Shown: one piece after another, positions 49,981 through 62,784 of the stretch
Layout of the letters: every line of letters begins with the position of its first letter
Position numbering within the stretch: the stretch's first letter is position 1
Origin: Desulfomonilia bacterium
GTDB taxonomy: Bacteria > Desulfobacterota > Desulfomonilia > UBA1062
Assembly (NCBI GenBank): GCA_963664325.2
Contig: CAXXDQ010000003.1
Location: 64,001-128,000 of the forward strand
Length of the DNA stretch: 64,000 nucleotides
Direction of reading: 5' to 3'
Translations under genes and position numbers: made by a program
Notes under the pieces: model-generated
Seen by the model: the letters and a program-made list of their open reading frames with translations, nothing else
Database searches by the model: none
What the model was told of the DNA's origin: nothing

Positions 49981-51810
49981 ATGGATATCAGCGGAAAAGA
50001 TGAAACAGTAATCGAGACAAAACAGTCCAGACGGAAATTCCTTGCCCTTGCCGGGAAAGTGACGGCCTTTCTTGCGGCGCTGCCTGTTCTGAACATTGCA
50101 GGCGGCAAAGCCAGGGCCTCGGGTGCGCCCGCCAGTGAGCCGCAAACAGCCGTTTCGTTCAAAAGCGGGAATTATACGCTGCTGAAAAACGGCTTTATTG
50201 TCGACGGAACCGGCAAAAAGGGTTTTCAGGGGAATCTGCTTATCTCTGATGACAGGATAGAGAAAATATCCGAGCGTGAAATCAATGCCGAGGGCAAAGT
50301 CGTTGACTGTGCCGGATTGACCGTAATGCCGGGCATTATCGACGCGCACTCCCATATGGACTGGTATCTGCCGATCAAAGGGCATGAGGAACTCAAGCTC
50401 CCATTCACGGCCCAGGGGATCACCACTTTTATGGCCGGGCAGTGCGGCTTCGCAAATGCCGGGTATCGTGAAAACTCTCCTTTCGTCAGCAAAATCGGAA
50501 ACAGCCTGTTTCCTATGGACCTCATCCATATCCAGTGGAACACCATGCAGGAGTATTTTGATTATCTGAAGAAAAACGGCATGACCCACAACATGATGAG
50601 CCTTGTGGGGCATGGCACCACCAGGACTTCAATGCGCGGGTTTGACGCCTCGCCTATGACGAACGACGAAATGAAGGAGATGCTCAATCTGCTTGAAAAC
50701 GCCATGGACCAGGGCGCTTCCGGCGTCTCATTCGGCCTGCAGTATGAGCCGGGAATCTTTGCGCATGGCGACGAACTGCGCCAGATCGCCAGGCTCGTCA
50801 AAAAGAAGGACAAGCTTATGACAGTTCATCTGAGGGCATACTCGGCGCTGGCACCGGGGTACCCCATGAGTACGCCGAAAATCCTTCTGGATTATGTTAT
50901 GCCTTTTGACGGTTATGAACCTCATAATCTGATAGCCATAGACGAACTGCTCGATGTTGCGCGGGACACGGGTGTGCGCCTGCAGATATCCCACCTGATA
51001 TTTGTAGGCGAAAGGACATTCAAGACATGCGATGAAGCGCTAAGCCGCATTGACAGGGCGGCAAAGGAAGGGGTGGACGTCAAGTTCGACACCTACTCGT
51101 ATCATTGCGGCCAGTCGATACTTGGTTCCATTTTCCCTGCATGGTTCCTGGCGCAGGCCCCGGCTGCCTATACCGATACAACAATGCTTAAAAAACTAAG
51201 GAGCGAATTCGGCCTGGCTCAGCGGTTCCTGGGCTTTGGCGTTAACGATATCCAGATTACATATGCGGGCAATCCCGAGTTGAACGAGTTCAACGGCATG
51301 TTCCTCTCGGAGATAGCGAAGAAAAGAGGAATGGACTGGTTTGACGCGACTATGGATATAGCCAGGAAAACCAATGTATCCGCTGCGGTGCTCAATCACA
51401 GGTATTCCAACCTGCCGGTTGTCGAATCCCTGATGAGGCATCCGGCCTCATTGTTCATGACTGACGCCCTCCCGGAAGCACAGGGTGTTCAAAATCCGGC
51501 TGCCTACGGGAGTTTCCCGCTGTTCTTCCAGCTCGCAAGGGAGAAAAAGATTATTTCCCTGGAAGAGGCTGTCTGTAAGATGACCGGGGCAACCGCACAG
51601 CGCTACAGGATAAAAGACAGAGGGTTCCTGAAAGAGGGGCTTGCGGCTGATATCACGGTTATCGACTGGAAAAACATTAAGGACAACAATACGGTTGCGG
51701 AAACAAACAAAAATCCCACCGGAGTGGAGGCGGTATTCATCAACGGCGTACAGGTGGCTGATAAAGGTAAGGCAGACGGTTCGATCAAGGCAGGTAAAGT
51801 TCTGGTATAA
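49981..51810 (+). CDS. N-acyl-D-amino-acid deacylase family amidohydrolase with Tat signal
   Basis: SRRKFL twin-arginine motif, PGIIDAHSH, VGHG, QISHL and GLAADITV; start at 49981. Confidence 0.88.
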   Translation: MDISGKDETVIETKQSRRKFLALAGKVTAFLAALPVLNIAGGKARASGAPASEPQTAVSFKSGNYTLLKNGFIVDGTGKKGFQGNLLISDDRIEKISEREINAEGKVVDCAGLTVMPGIIDAHSHMDWYLPIKGHEELKLPFTAQGITTFMAGQCGFANAGYRENSPFVSKIGNSLFPMDLIHIQWNTMQEYFDYLKKNGMTHNMMSLVGHGTTRTSMRGFDASPMTNDEMKEMLNLLENAMDQGASGVSFGLQYEPGIFAHGDELRQIARLVKKKDKLMTVHLRAYSALAPGYPMSTPKILLDYVMPFDGYEPHNLIAIDELLDVARDTGVRLQISHLIFVGERTFKTCDEALSRIDRAAKEGVDVKFDTYSYHCGQSILGSIFPAWFLAQAPAAYTDTTMLKKLRSEFGLAQRFLGFGVNDIQITYAGNPELNEFNGMFLSEIAKKRGMDWFDATMDIARKTNVSAAVLNHRYSNLPVVESLMRHPASLFMTDALPEAQGVQNPAAYGSFPLFFQLAREKKIISLEEAVCKMTGATAQRYRIKDRGFLKEGLAADITVIDWKNIKDNNTVAETNKNPTGVEAVFINGVQVADKGKADGSIKAGKVLV

Positions 51811-52365
51811 CGGTGATATAGAAAAGATTATGCCGGGCTTCATAGTTTGAGCCCGGCCTGGGAACTGAAGGAACTTATCCTGAGGAACCGACTCTGGAAT
51901 ATCCCCCCGACGGGGTTTACGGCAGGGAAACGACAGAGAAAAGACAAGCGCGGCAAAGCAGATTATTGCACCGGGTTCATCGATTTGTTTTCAAACTAAT
52001 AATGAAATCTGGCTGATAAAATTTACGGCTTGCATGAGGAAGAGGGATAAAGTCTCAACAAGACCAATGATTTATTGCGGAAGTATTAATTTCGATCTCG
52101 GATCAGTGGGCTTAACTCTTTGAATGATATCTGGAGTCTGAGAAACAAAAGATAAAAGCACGCCATTTGTAATTTCTTTCTCTTCCTGCACTACCAAAAA
52201 GGAACAAACCTGCTTTCCTGACTGAATTCCGGACTTTCAGCCAGGGCCTTCTGCTCGTTGTCAAGGCAGTCGAATACATATGGCCGGTCAAGATACAGTC
52301 TGTACGCCTTCATTTATTAAGTCTTATGTAAGGGATATCGCAGCCTAATTTAAGGTTTTGCCTAA

Positions 52366-54681
<2,316 letters not shown>

Positions 54682-54797
54682 CTTAAATGCCTTCGAAGGC
54701 TTATGACCAGGCTGTGGAAAAACGGTTATATGGATTTCCAGGGCCCCCCCGGCATAAGCCATCTCAGCTGTTATGCCGGGGCCAGGCAGGCCCATTT

Positions 54798-56903
54798 TTA
54801 TTTAATACTCTGGCCGCTTATTTGAGGCTTGAACAGGAAAAGGGGCCAGTCTTCCGAACCCGGGCTTGACGCCTGCTGACGACCGGCCTGGTTCAGAATC
54901 GATGCCGGAACATCGCTGCTGCTCGAAACCTTTACATTATCGATGAACGACATTCCCACGGGAAAGTTCGGATAATAGGTGTTCTCGCAGATGTCATAAA
55001 AATCGAGTGAGTCTCTAAGATAGTTCTGCAAGAAGTCAAGGTCGCCGTAAGGGCAGCATCCGCCCATGTCTTCTCCGTAAGGCACGATGTCTGTCGCCCA
55101 GCAGAGTTCCGTAAAAGAAGAGGCCTTTCCGCACGGCCCGAGATCGACAAAGCCCTGGGGATTATTGAGGGACACGTTTTCCAGCAGCGTCACGTAGCGG
55201 CTGCCTCCGTCAGTGTAAAAGGTGTTCCCGCCTGCATGGATTCGCTTGTTTTCAGCCACGTTGAAGGCTATCAGCTGGCCGTCCTCAATGGAAGTCCCCT
55301 GGAAACCGGTACTGTAAATGGCGCCACCGTCCCACAGTTTTTCCAGAAAATATTGGATATGGTTGTGCAGGATCATGTTACCCTCAGCCGAAGTGGGGGT
55401 CGTAAAGGTTCCCCACATGTTCGGCGTGCCGCCCGGCACGCCCACGAATCCGCCCGGGTCGAGCAGCGCCCATCCCCAACCGATGGCGATACCGGACCAT
55501 GATGTGTGATTTATATCGTTGTGTTCAACAGTGCTGCGGGTGGTGAAGCCGATATAAATTCCGGCGGCGTCCCAGAATTCCTGACCTGTGTATTCGATCA
55601 GGTTGTTCGAAATGAGGTTGTCCGTTGTAAGCTGCGAAGACGTTGCCGGGCGGGCGTCTTCAAACGTATTGCCGCCGAGCTGGATACCCGTGGATGAAAT
55701 ATCGCTGATTGTGTTGCCCGTTATCCGGCTGTTCTGGCTCCCCATGCCGAAGTCAAGCCCTGCTGCGCCCATATGTTCGACGGTATTGTTCTCGAAAGTT
55801 ATGTGCTGCGTATAAATGAAGCTCAGGTTGCCGGGCGTGCGCACCGTGTTGGGGTCGTGCCCGATGATGTTGCTTTGATGTCCGTTCCCGGTAATAAAAA
55901 AACCGCTCTGGTCCAGCGCATAGCCGTCGGAAGTGTTGGGGCCGAGCCAAGTCGCATACTTAAAGCTGAGCCCTTTGAAATTTATATAGCTGACCGGGCT
56001 TGCCACGTCTCCGGTTACGGATAGCAGGGTCTCGAGAACCGGCAGTTCCACATCGGCGGTGTCCAGATCTTCGCCTTCAAGGGGAATATAGTAGAGGATC
56101 TTCGTGACCGGGTTAAGATACCATTCGCCCGGCTGATCCAGAAATTTATAGGCGTTTTCCCACCAGCTGAGAAGCTGAAAGTTCCACGGCTCCGGATAGA
56201 CGTTGGCATTCGTCCAGCACGGGTTCTGCATTACGACCTCGCTTCCTCCGTTTATCTGCGCAACGGGGCAGCGCATCATCTTCCACTGCGTGGCGGTCAC
56301 TGCTTCGACGGCGGTCGGATTGTCCCAGTCAGGTGGTATCTGCGGATCTGTACCGGATGTATAGGAATATGTGTAACCGGTTGCGGTCGGCGTGTAGTAG
56401 TTCGGATAATTCACGGTACGCGCTCGCGTGGCGCGTACGCCGTTGACATAAAGCTGCCTTGGCATCGTGCTTGTGTTTACGTGCGTCTGGGCCTGCCAGA
56501 TGTTAAAGTCTTCATCGTACAATGTCCATCCGCTGACCTTAACCGCCCCTGACATGACCGGCGTCTCTCCGGAGACGGCCTTATATGTGATCTGTGCGGA
56601 GCTTGTTCCTGAATCCTGCGAAGTAAACGCCAGCGGTTCGGTAAGAGGGTACAAACCGCCTTTGATGTTAACAACAATATTGCACACCCCCTTGTTGCTG
56701 CCGTCTCTGATCACATCACGCGCGTGTCCTATGGTCAGGAACGGATCGTTTGAACCGCCTGTTCCGGCATCGTTCCCGTTCGGAGAGACCCAGTATTCCT
56801 GAGTGCATGAACTGATCCCGTTATTGTTGCTTGATGAGCAGGATATCACGAAAAAGAGGAGCACCGAGACAACTGAGCACAGGATTTTTTTTGCCGGCTT
56901 CAT
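54798..56903 (-). CDS. Right-handed beta-helix (GH141-like) lipoprotein
   Basis: Lipobox VISC, YWVSPNGND...PFLTI, RQLYVNG, LDQPGEWY and DGGAIY; start MKPAKK at 56903. Confidence 0.78.
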   Translation of the reverse strand: MKPAKKILCSVVSVLLFFVISCSSSNNNGISSCTQEYWVSPNGNDAGTGGSNDPFLTIGHARDVIRDGSNKGVCNIVVNIKGGLYPLTEPLAFTSQDSGTSSAQITYKAVSGETPVMSGAVKVSGWTLYDEDFNIWQAQTHVNTSTMPRQLYVNGVRATRARTVNYPNYYTPTATGYTYSYTSGTDPQIPPDWDNPTAVEAVTATQWKMMRCPVAQINGGSEVVMQNPCWTNANVYPEPWNFQLLSWWENAYKFLDQPGEWYLNPVTKILYYIPLEGEDLDTADVELPVLETLLSVTGDVASPVSYINFKGLSFKYATWLGPNTSDGYALDQSGFFITGNGHQSNIIGHDPNTVRTPGNLSFIYTQHITFENNTVEHMGAAGLDFGMGSQNSRITGNTISDISSTGIQLGGNTFEDARPATSSQLTTDNLISNNLIEYTGQEFWDAAGIYIGFTTRSTVEHNDINHTSWSGIAIGWGWALLDPGGFVGVPGGTPNMWGTFTTPTSAEGNMILHNHIQYFLEKLWDGGAIYSTGFQGTSIEDGQLIAFNVAENKRIHAGGNTFYTDGGSRYVTLLENVSLNNPQGFVDLGPCGKASSFTELCWATDIVPYGEDMGGCCPYGDLDFLQNYLRDSLDFYDICENTYYPNFPVGMSFIDNVKVSSSSDVPASILNQAGRQQASSPGSEDWPLFLFKPQISGQSIK

Positions 56904-56959
56904 ACTGATCCTCCGATTTAATAATTCATGACCGCTTTCTTTCAGTTGGCGATTTTCAA

Positions 56960-58339
56960 TTATCTGTAGCTGTTGACACAATCCATATAATCCTCTTTTG
57001 ACATTTCACCGATGCCGCACCAGTAAACCGGCCAGTTCGCATCAGTTATCGGGTTGCCTGCATCATTTCCGGAATAATAATAACGCCTGTAAAGCTCCTG
57101 CCTGCAAGGATCAGTCTTGAGTAATGGAAATAATTCTTCAAGAGATGAATTCAGGAAAATATTATTCAGGATATATGATGCTGAAAAATCGTAGTAGCTG
57201 TCGAATTGCCCGGATGATTTCGAGAGATCATAGGAAAAGGAAACATAATCGGTAATCGAAAATGAATTCTCAGCAAACGAAAAGATCCTGTACGCCGGGT
57301 TGTTGCCGTCGACCGGGCTTATCGACGGTGACACAACGAGCGCGCTGACAGGAAGAAGACGGAATTCGTCCATGTGGGTGTGCCCTGTGAATATCATGGC
57401 TATTGTATTCGGGTAAGCCGAAAGGATATTGAGAAAGCGCGCTTGATAATCATCGACCCACATCATTTTGGCATCGTCAAGATGACCGCTGCCGTTGATC
57501 AGTTTCCTGTTGGAAGATATATTCGCACCGAGGGGTATGTGCGTTACCAGCCAGACCTTTTGTCCAGAGGAGGCGGCCGATGCAAGAGTCGTTTCGAACC
57601 AGTCGAGTTCAGCTGTTGCCGCCGCCTCTGTATCGCTTGCGGCTTTCGGCGAAAAGAAGATCGAGTTGAGCGTGATAACGAGAAGGTTCGGCCCTAAAGG
57701 CGCTGCCGAATAGTATCCTCCTGCCTTGTATGTGCCGAGGAAAGAATCGTGATCAGCGGCGCCGTTTAAAAAGCCGGTGTAGAACGCTTCTGCGGTATCT
57801 GCCAGGAACGGGCTGTCCGGTTCTATCAGGAAATCTCCTTCATAGGAGTCGTTATTCCCCAGTGCGAACATGACGGGTATGTTGCCCAGGTGGGCGCGCA
57901 CCTCTATCGCGAAGAACTCCGCAGTCTTCAAGAGGAACGATCTCATGGCCGGTATATCCTCGCTGCCGTAAAGGGTGTAGAAGCGCGTTTCAAAGTCATG
58001 CACGAGAATGTCGCCGGGAAAAACGGCTACTACCGAACTTGATGTTAGGTTTGACTTCATGCTCGAAAGAGCCAGTGCGAACAGGGGATAGTTTGAATCT
58101 TCTCCCCAGGTGGATGGCTCGGAAATGCTGGACGATGCGAAGATGCCTTCCCACTGACTTGCATCTGCAGCGACAAGCGAATTGAAGAGCGTCGCGTCAT
58201 AGAACGGATTGAAATGGACATCTGAAAAAACGATGACGTGCGAAGTCCCGGGAGTATTGTCGCTGCTGTTGCCGCACGCTGTCAGTGCAACAACTGAAAA
58301 AATAACGACGGATAAAACAGCCGAGTGAAGTTTTTTCAT
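56960..58339 (-). CDS. Acid sphingomyelinase-like metallophosphoesterase, lipoprotein
   Basis: Motifs SDVH, PGD..VH, LGNND, THIP, GHTHMDEF and SPSISP..GNNP; lipobox LTAC. Confidence 0.85.
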   Translation of the reverse strand: MKKLHSAVLSVVIFSVVALTACGNSSDNTPGTSHVIVFSDVHFNPFYDATLFNSLVAADASQWEGIFASSSISEPSTWGEDSNYPLFALALSSMKSNLTSSSVVAVFPGDILVHDFETRFYTLYGSEDIPAMRSFLLKTAEFFAIEVRAHLGNIPVMFALGNNDSYEGDFLIEPDSPFLADTAEAFYTGFLNGAADHDSFLGTYKAGGYYSAAPLGPNLLVITLNSIFFSPKAASDTEAAATAELDWFETTLASAASSGQKVWLVTHIPLGANISSNRKLINGSGHLDDAKMMWVDDYQARFLNILSAYPNTIAMIFTGHTHMDEFRLLPVSALVVSPSISPVDGNNPAYRIFSFAENSFSITDYVSFSYDLSKSSGQFDSYYDFSASYILNNIFLNSSLEELFPLLKTDPCRQELYRRYYYSGNDAGNPITDANWPVYWCGIGEMSKEDYMDCVNSYR

Positions 58340-58516
58340 ATGGTACGCTTTACCGGTTTTTTTCTCATTTGATGTCCTCCTAGCCCTGATACAGTCTATT
58401 CAATTTTATCGGCAGATCCCTCCCCGTTCGTTAATAGTTGTTTTTTAATAAATTCCTGCCATATTTATTCAGAGATATGAACATGAGCCGGGGAATTCAT
58501 AATTAAATATAACTTC

Positions 58517-58546
58517 CTTGAAATCATATGGGTTCATCCCTAATAT
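58517..58546 (+). promoter_or_regulatory. sigma32 (RpoH)-like heat-shock promoter
   Basis: CTTGAAA-N14-CCCTAATAT directly upstream of clpB. Confidence 0.5.
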
Positions 58547-58576
58547 TCTTTATAAGAATTGTATAAGCGGGAGAAA

Positions 58577-61180
58577 ATGATGGATGCCAACAGGCTAACA
58601 CAGAAATCTCAGGAGGCTTTTGCCGAGGCCCAGAATATTGCCGTCAGGTACGGCCATGTGGAAATCGATGTCGAGCACATGCTTTCGGCCCTCATTACCC
58701 AGCAGGACGGCCTTATTCCGAGGCTCATTGTAAAGATGGACGTGCCGCTGGAGCCGTTTAAGGCCGAAGTGGAAAAGGACTTGAACAAGAGGCCCAAGGT
58801 CTCGGGTCCGGGTGCCGAGGCCGGGAAGGTTTACATTACTCAGCGTCTTAACAGGCTTCTGGTCAAGGCGGAAGAAGAGGCCAAAAGGCTCAAGGACGAA
58901 TATGTCTCGGTTGAGCATATCCTGCTGGCCATGCTGGACGAAGGCAAATCGCACCCTGCGGGGAAAATCCTGGCGCAGTTTAATATCACGAAGGAAAGGA
59001 TATTGAATGCGCTCACGGCGATACGAGGGAATCAGCGGGTTACGAGCCAGAATCCCGAGGCGGCATACGAGGCGCTGGAAAAATACGGGATCGATCTGGT
59101 CAAACAGGCGAGCCTCGGCAAGCTTGACCCTGTCATCGGACGCGATGCCGAGATCAGGCGCGTCATAAGGATACTGTCCCGCAAAACAAAGAACAACCCT
59201 GTGCTCATAGGCGAACCGGGCGTCGGAAAGACGGCCATAATAGAAGGCCTCGCCCAGCGCATTGTCAAGGGCGACGTGCCTGAAGGGCTCAAGGACAAGA
59301 CGATTTTTGCGCTTGATATGGGCTCGCTGGTGGCGGGGGCAAAATTCAGGGGTGAATTCGAGGAAAGGCTCAAGGCCGTGCTCTCGGAGGTCAAATCAAG
59401 TGATGGCAGGATAATCCTGTTCATTGACGAACTGCACAATATAGTGGGCGCAGGCCGCGCCGAAGGTTCGATGGATGCCGGAAACATGCTCAAACCCATG
59501 CTTGCGCGCGGCGAACTCCATTGCATCGGCGCCACCACCCTCGATGAATACAGGAAATACATTGAAAAGGACGCCGCGCTTGAACGCCGCTTCCAGCCTG
59601 TCATGGTCGACCCCCCGACGGTCGAGGACACGGTGTCGATTCTGAGGGGTTTGAGGGAGCGCTTTGAAGTTTACCACGGCGTCAAGATACAGGACAGCGC
59701 CCTGGTTTCGGCCGCAGTCCTCTCCAACCGCTACATCTCGGACAGGTTTCTTCCCGACAAGGCGATCGACCTGGTGGACGAGGCCTGCGCCATGATCCGC
59801 ACCGAGATCGATACCATGCCCGCCGAGCTTGACGAGGTGACGCGCAAGGTCATGCAGCTCGAGATAGAGGCTGCGGCGCTGAAAAAAGAGACTGACAAGG
59901 CCAGCCATGCAAGGCTCGCCGAACTTAGAAAGGAGCTTGCCGACCTCAATGAACAGTCGGCAACACTGAGGGCCAAATGGGAAGAAGAGAAAAAATCAAT
60001 CCAGTCCTTGAGGGGCCTGCGCGAGGAGATAGAGCAGACCAGGCTTGAGATCGAAAAGGCGGAGCGGGACTATGACCTGAACAGGGCTGCCGAACTCAAG
60101 CACGGCAAACTGCCGCAGCTTCTTCAGAAGCTTAATGATGCGGAGGAGAAGAACGACACGACGCTCCTGCGCGAGAGCGTGAGCGAGGACATCATCGCGG
60201 AGATAATCTCGAAATGGACCGGCATCCCGGTAACCAGGCTTGTCGAGGGCGAAAGGGAGAAGCTCCTCAGGCTTGATTCGATACTGCATGAGCGGGTGAT
60301 CGGCCAGGATGAGGCCGTTCAGGCTGTGGCGGATGCGGTTATCAGGGCGCGTGCCGGTATCAAAGACCCGAAGCGGCCGATCGGCTCTTTCATTTTTCTT
60401 GGACCCACCGGCGTCGGCAAGACGGAACTGGCAAAGACGCTGGCAAACGCACTGTTCGACACCGAGGAAAACATGGTGCGCATCGACATGAGCGAGTACA
60501 TGGAAAAATATGCGGTCTCCAGGCTTATCGGCTCCCCCCCGGGGTATGTCGGCTACGAGGAAGGCGGCCAGCTGACCGAGGCGGTACGCAGAAAACCATA
60601 TTCCGTAGTGCTTTTTGACGAGATTGAAAAGGCGCATCCGGACGTCTTCAATGTGCTCCTGCAGATACTTGACGACGGCCGGCTCACAGATTCGCACGGC
60701 CGCACGGTCGATTTCAAGAACACGGTCATAATAATGACAAGCAATGTCGGCTCCCAGGATCTGATCGAGGGCCTCGACAAAAACGGAGAACTGACGGAAA
60801 AGGCGCGCACTGCTGTCATGAACGAATTAAAGCGCAGCTTCCGGCCGGAATTTCTGAACCGGGTTGACGACACCGTTCTGTTCAAATCACTGAACCTGAA
60901 GGAAATAGAAAAAATTGTCGTCCTCCTAACCGGCGATTTGAGGAAGCGCCTTGAAGACAGGGATGTGAAGCTCGACCTTACCGGGCCTGCGCTTGAGTTC
61001 ACTGCGAAAGAGGGCTTTGATCCCGTCTACGGGGCGAGGCCTCTGAAGCGCTTCATCCAGCGAGAGCTCGAGACCAGGATAGGCCGTTCTATAATCGCCG
61101 GAGACGTAATTCCGGGCGGCACGGTCCATGTGGACGTCAAATCTGGAGAGCTCGTGTTCAGGATCGACAACCCTCAATAA
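58577..61180 (+). CDS. clpB: ATP-dependent chaperone ClpB
   Basis: Two AAA+ modules ([16 protein letters not shown]), long coiled-coil middle domain and [15 protein letters not shown]. Confidence 0.98.
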   Translation: MMDANRLTQKSQEAFAEAQNIAVRYGHVEIDVEHMLSALITQQDGLIPRLIVKMDVPLEPFKAEVEKDLNKRPKVSGPGAEAGKVYITQRLNRLLVKAEEEAKRLKDEYVSVEHILLAMLDEGKSHPAGKILAQFNITKERILNALTAIRGNQRVTSQNPEAAYEALEKYGIDLVKQASLGKLDPVIGRDAEIRRVIRILSRKTKNNPVLIGEPGVGKTAIIEGLAQRIVKGDVPEGLKDKTIFALDMGSLVAGAKFRGEFEERLKAVLSEVKSSDGRIILFIDELHNIVGAGRAEGSMDAGNMLKPMLARGELHCIGATTLDEYRKYIEKDAALERRFQPVMVDPPTVEDTVSILRGLRERFEVYHGVKIQDSALVSAAVLSNRYISDRFLPDKAIDLVDEACAMIRTEIDTMPAELDEVTRKVMQLEIEAAALKKETDKASHARLAELRKELADLNEQSATLRAKWEEEKKSIQSLRGLREEIEQTRLEIEKAERDYDLNRAAELKHGKLPQLLQKLNDAEEKNDTTLLRESVSEDIIAEIISKWTGIPVTRLVEGEREKLLRLDSILHERVIGQDEAVQAVADAVIRARAGIKDPKRPIGSFIFLGPTGVGKTELAKTLANALFDTEENMVRIDMSEYMEKYAVSRLIGSPPGYVGYEEGGQLTEAVRRKPYSVVLFDEIEKAHPDVFNVLLQILDDGRLTDSHGRTVDFKNTVIIMTSNVGSQDLIEGLDKNGELTEKARTAVMNELKRSFRPEFLNRVDDTVLFKSLNLKEIEKIVVLLTGDLRKRLEDRDVKLDLTGPALEFTAKEGFDPVYGARPLKRFIQRELETRIGRSIIAGDVIPGGTVHVDVKSGELVFRIDNPQ

Positions 61181-62218
61181 TCACTTCTTGAGGTAGTCGC
61201 ACCAGTAGCAGCCGTCCGTACCGGGAACCTTTGCCTCGGCAGAGGTTTCAATATCGACATAAGCCAGGTAAGATGTCGTACCGAAAGGCGTATAAGGGCT
61301 TGCATCGATTACGGAATGAATTACGAGCAGGCTTTTATCGTCTTCAGCCCATATGGGCAGCCAATCCACATGTGTCCCCGGGCTTTGCCAGACGGTCTTC
61401 AAGTCTGTTCCCTGCCTGCCTGTCCTGTCAATTGTTACGGTTTTAAGTTTCCAGTGGTTGAGATTGGCACTCTGCAGCCCTTCGGCGAACCAGCACCCCG
61501 GCCCTTCGTAGGAACTGAAAGCGATCCTCGAATCATCCGACGACCAGGCCGGGTCAACCTCGACATAGGCTCCTGCTGTATTGGAAACCGGGAAAATCGC
61601 CTCAAATCCGGTATGGCCGCCGTCAAGTATCCCGGCATATATGACCGCCTTGCAGCCGGTTTTTGTCACATCGTAATTGAAGGCTATCATGGTCCCGTCG
61701 TGAGACCACTCGGGGTCATATGTCCAGGCGTCAAAGCCGCATGTTATGCATCTTTCATTCAAACCTCCGGCATCAGAAATATAAAGCCGCGTTTCATTCG
61801 AGCGTGAAGACCAGTAAACCACTTCCTTTTTGTCGGGTGAAAGGTTCGGATTATAATCCGGAAAACTGTTGTCGGTGACCCTGGTTTCCCTGCCGGAAGC
61901 GATATCCATCACATAAATCTCTGAGTTTTCATTTTCCCCCTTTGAATAGGCGATCATGGAACCGTCTGAAGATATGTCTACGTTTTCAGGGAAAAACCCG
62001 TCAGGGACAAGTTGCCCGAATGAGCCGCCGGTTATGAGGTATATTTCGCCCGAGGAAGGAAAGGCAGGGTCCAGGTAACAGTTTGCGAGTATATACGTTT
62101 TAACAGGCGCAGACACCGGTAATTCCTGTTTAGCCGTTTCATCACTGCCCCCTGAACCGGAGCATGCAAAGGCATATACAGGCAAAAGAAACATAATAGA
62201 ACAGAACAGGTTCCTCAT
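61181..62218 (-). CDS. TolB-like (PD40) beta-propeller lipoprotein
   Basis: Repeats ISSDG, LSPDK, WSHDG and WSSDD; lipobox AFAC. Confidence 0.8.
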   Translation of the reverse strand: MRNLFCSIMFLLPVYAFACSGSGGSDETAKQELPVSAPVKTYILANCYLDPAFPSSGEIYLITGGSFGQLVPDGFFPENVDISSDGSMIAYSKGENENSEIYVMDIASGRETRVTDNSFPDYNPNLSPDKKEVVYWSSRSNETRLYISDAGGLNERCITCGFDAWTYDPEWSHDGTMIAFNYDVTKTGCKAVIYAGILDGGHTGFEAIFPVSNTAGAYVEVDPAWSSDDSRIAFSSYEGPGCWFAEGLQSANLNHWKLKTVTIDRTGRQGTDLKTVWQSPGTHVDWLPIWAEDDKSLLVIHSVIDASPYTPFGTTSYLAYVDIETSAEAKVPGTDGCYWCDYLKK

Positions 62219-62357
62219 AACGACTCCTGAACAAAGCTTCTTTCAAAACAATAAAGCCTTAAACCGGTGAGGACTGTTGCTGAAGAAAGAAGTCCTGCCG
62301 GAAGGCCCGGCAAAACATTCATAATAATTCTTCCCACGACGTCCTCTTAAAAAAATT

Positions 62358-62501
62358 TCAGGTGTCTGAATCTGCACGCTTCTTGTGCTTGACCTTGCGC
62401 GGCAGCTTCCCCTTTTCGGGCTCAATGGCCCCGGCCTTGCGAAAATGGGCCTCTATTGCCAGCAGATTGCGTGCCTTCGGCTTTTTAATTCGTTTAGGCA
62501 T
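62358..62501 (-). CDS. Small basic protein (47 aa), ArfA-like
   Basis: Manual translation MPKRIKKPKARNLLAIEAHFRKAGAIEPEKGKLPRKVKHKKRADSDT, with an FR-x8-KGK-xx-RKxKH pattern. Below the ORF-track cutoff. Confidence 0.55.
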   Translation of the reverse strand: MPKRIKKPKARNLLAIEAHFRKAGAIEPEKGKLPRKVKHKKRADSDT

Positions 62502-62784
62502 AAAATGGTGACAGGCCTTGATCCTTGACAAAAACAAAATATCCTGACACCTTCAGTCTCCCTTCTCTTATAGTCCCTGCTGATTATGTAAAAGACAACT
62601 CCCGGATATTCTATTCATAAAGGCCTTCCCATGACAGAATTAATACCCGTCTCACCCCTATTCGTCAAGATTCAAGGCCTGAGACTATTCAGTTCCAAAG
62701 CCAGCGGCACTAAAGATATCCATGTGCATGCCGATGTTAGTACAAGACTCCTCGTGTCATGAAAATAAATATCCGGAGGAATGC

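Noticed and set aside
51850-52010. Possible riboswitch in the amidohydrolase-katG intergenic region
   Set aside because: I could not recognise the conserved core of any riboswitch class. An Rfam scan would be needed.
52191-52313. 40-aa minus-strand ORF (MKAYRLYLDRPYVF...) upstream of katG
   Set aside because: No SD and no recognisable motif, so it cannot be supported.
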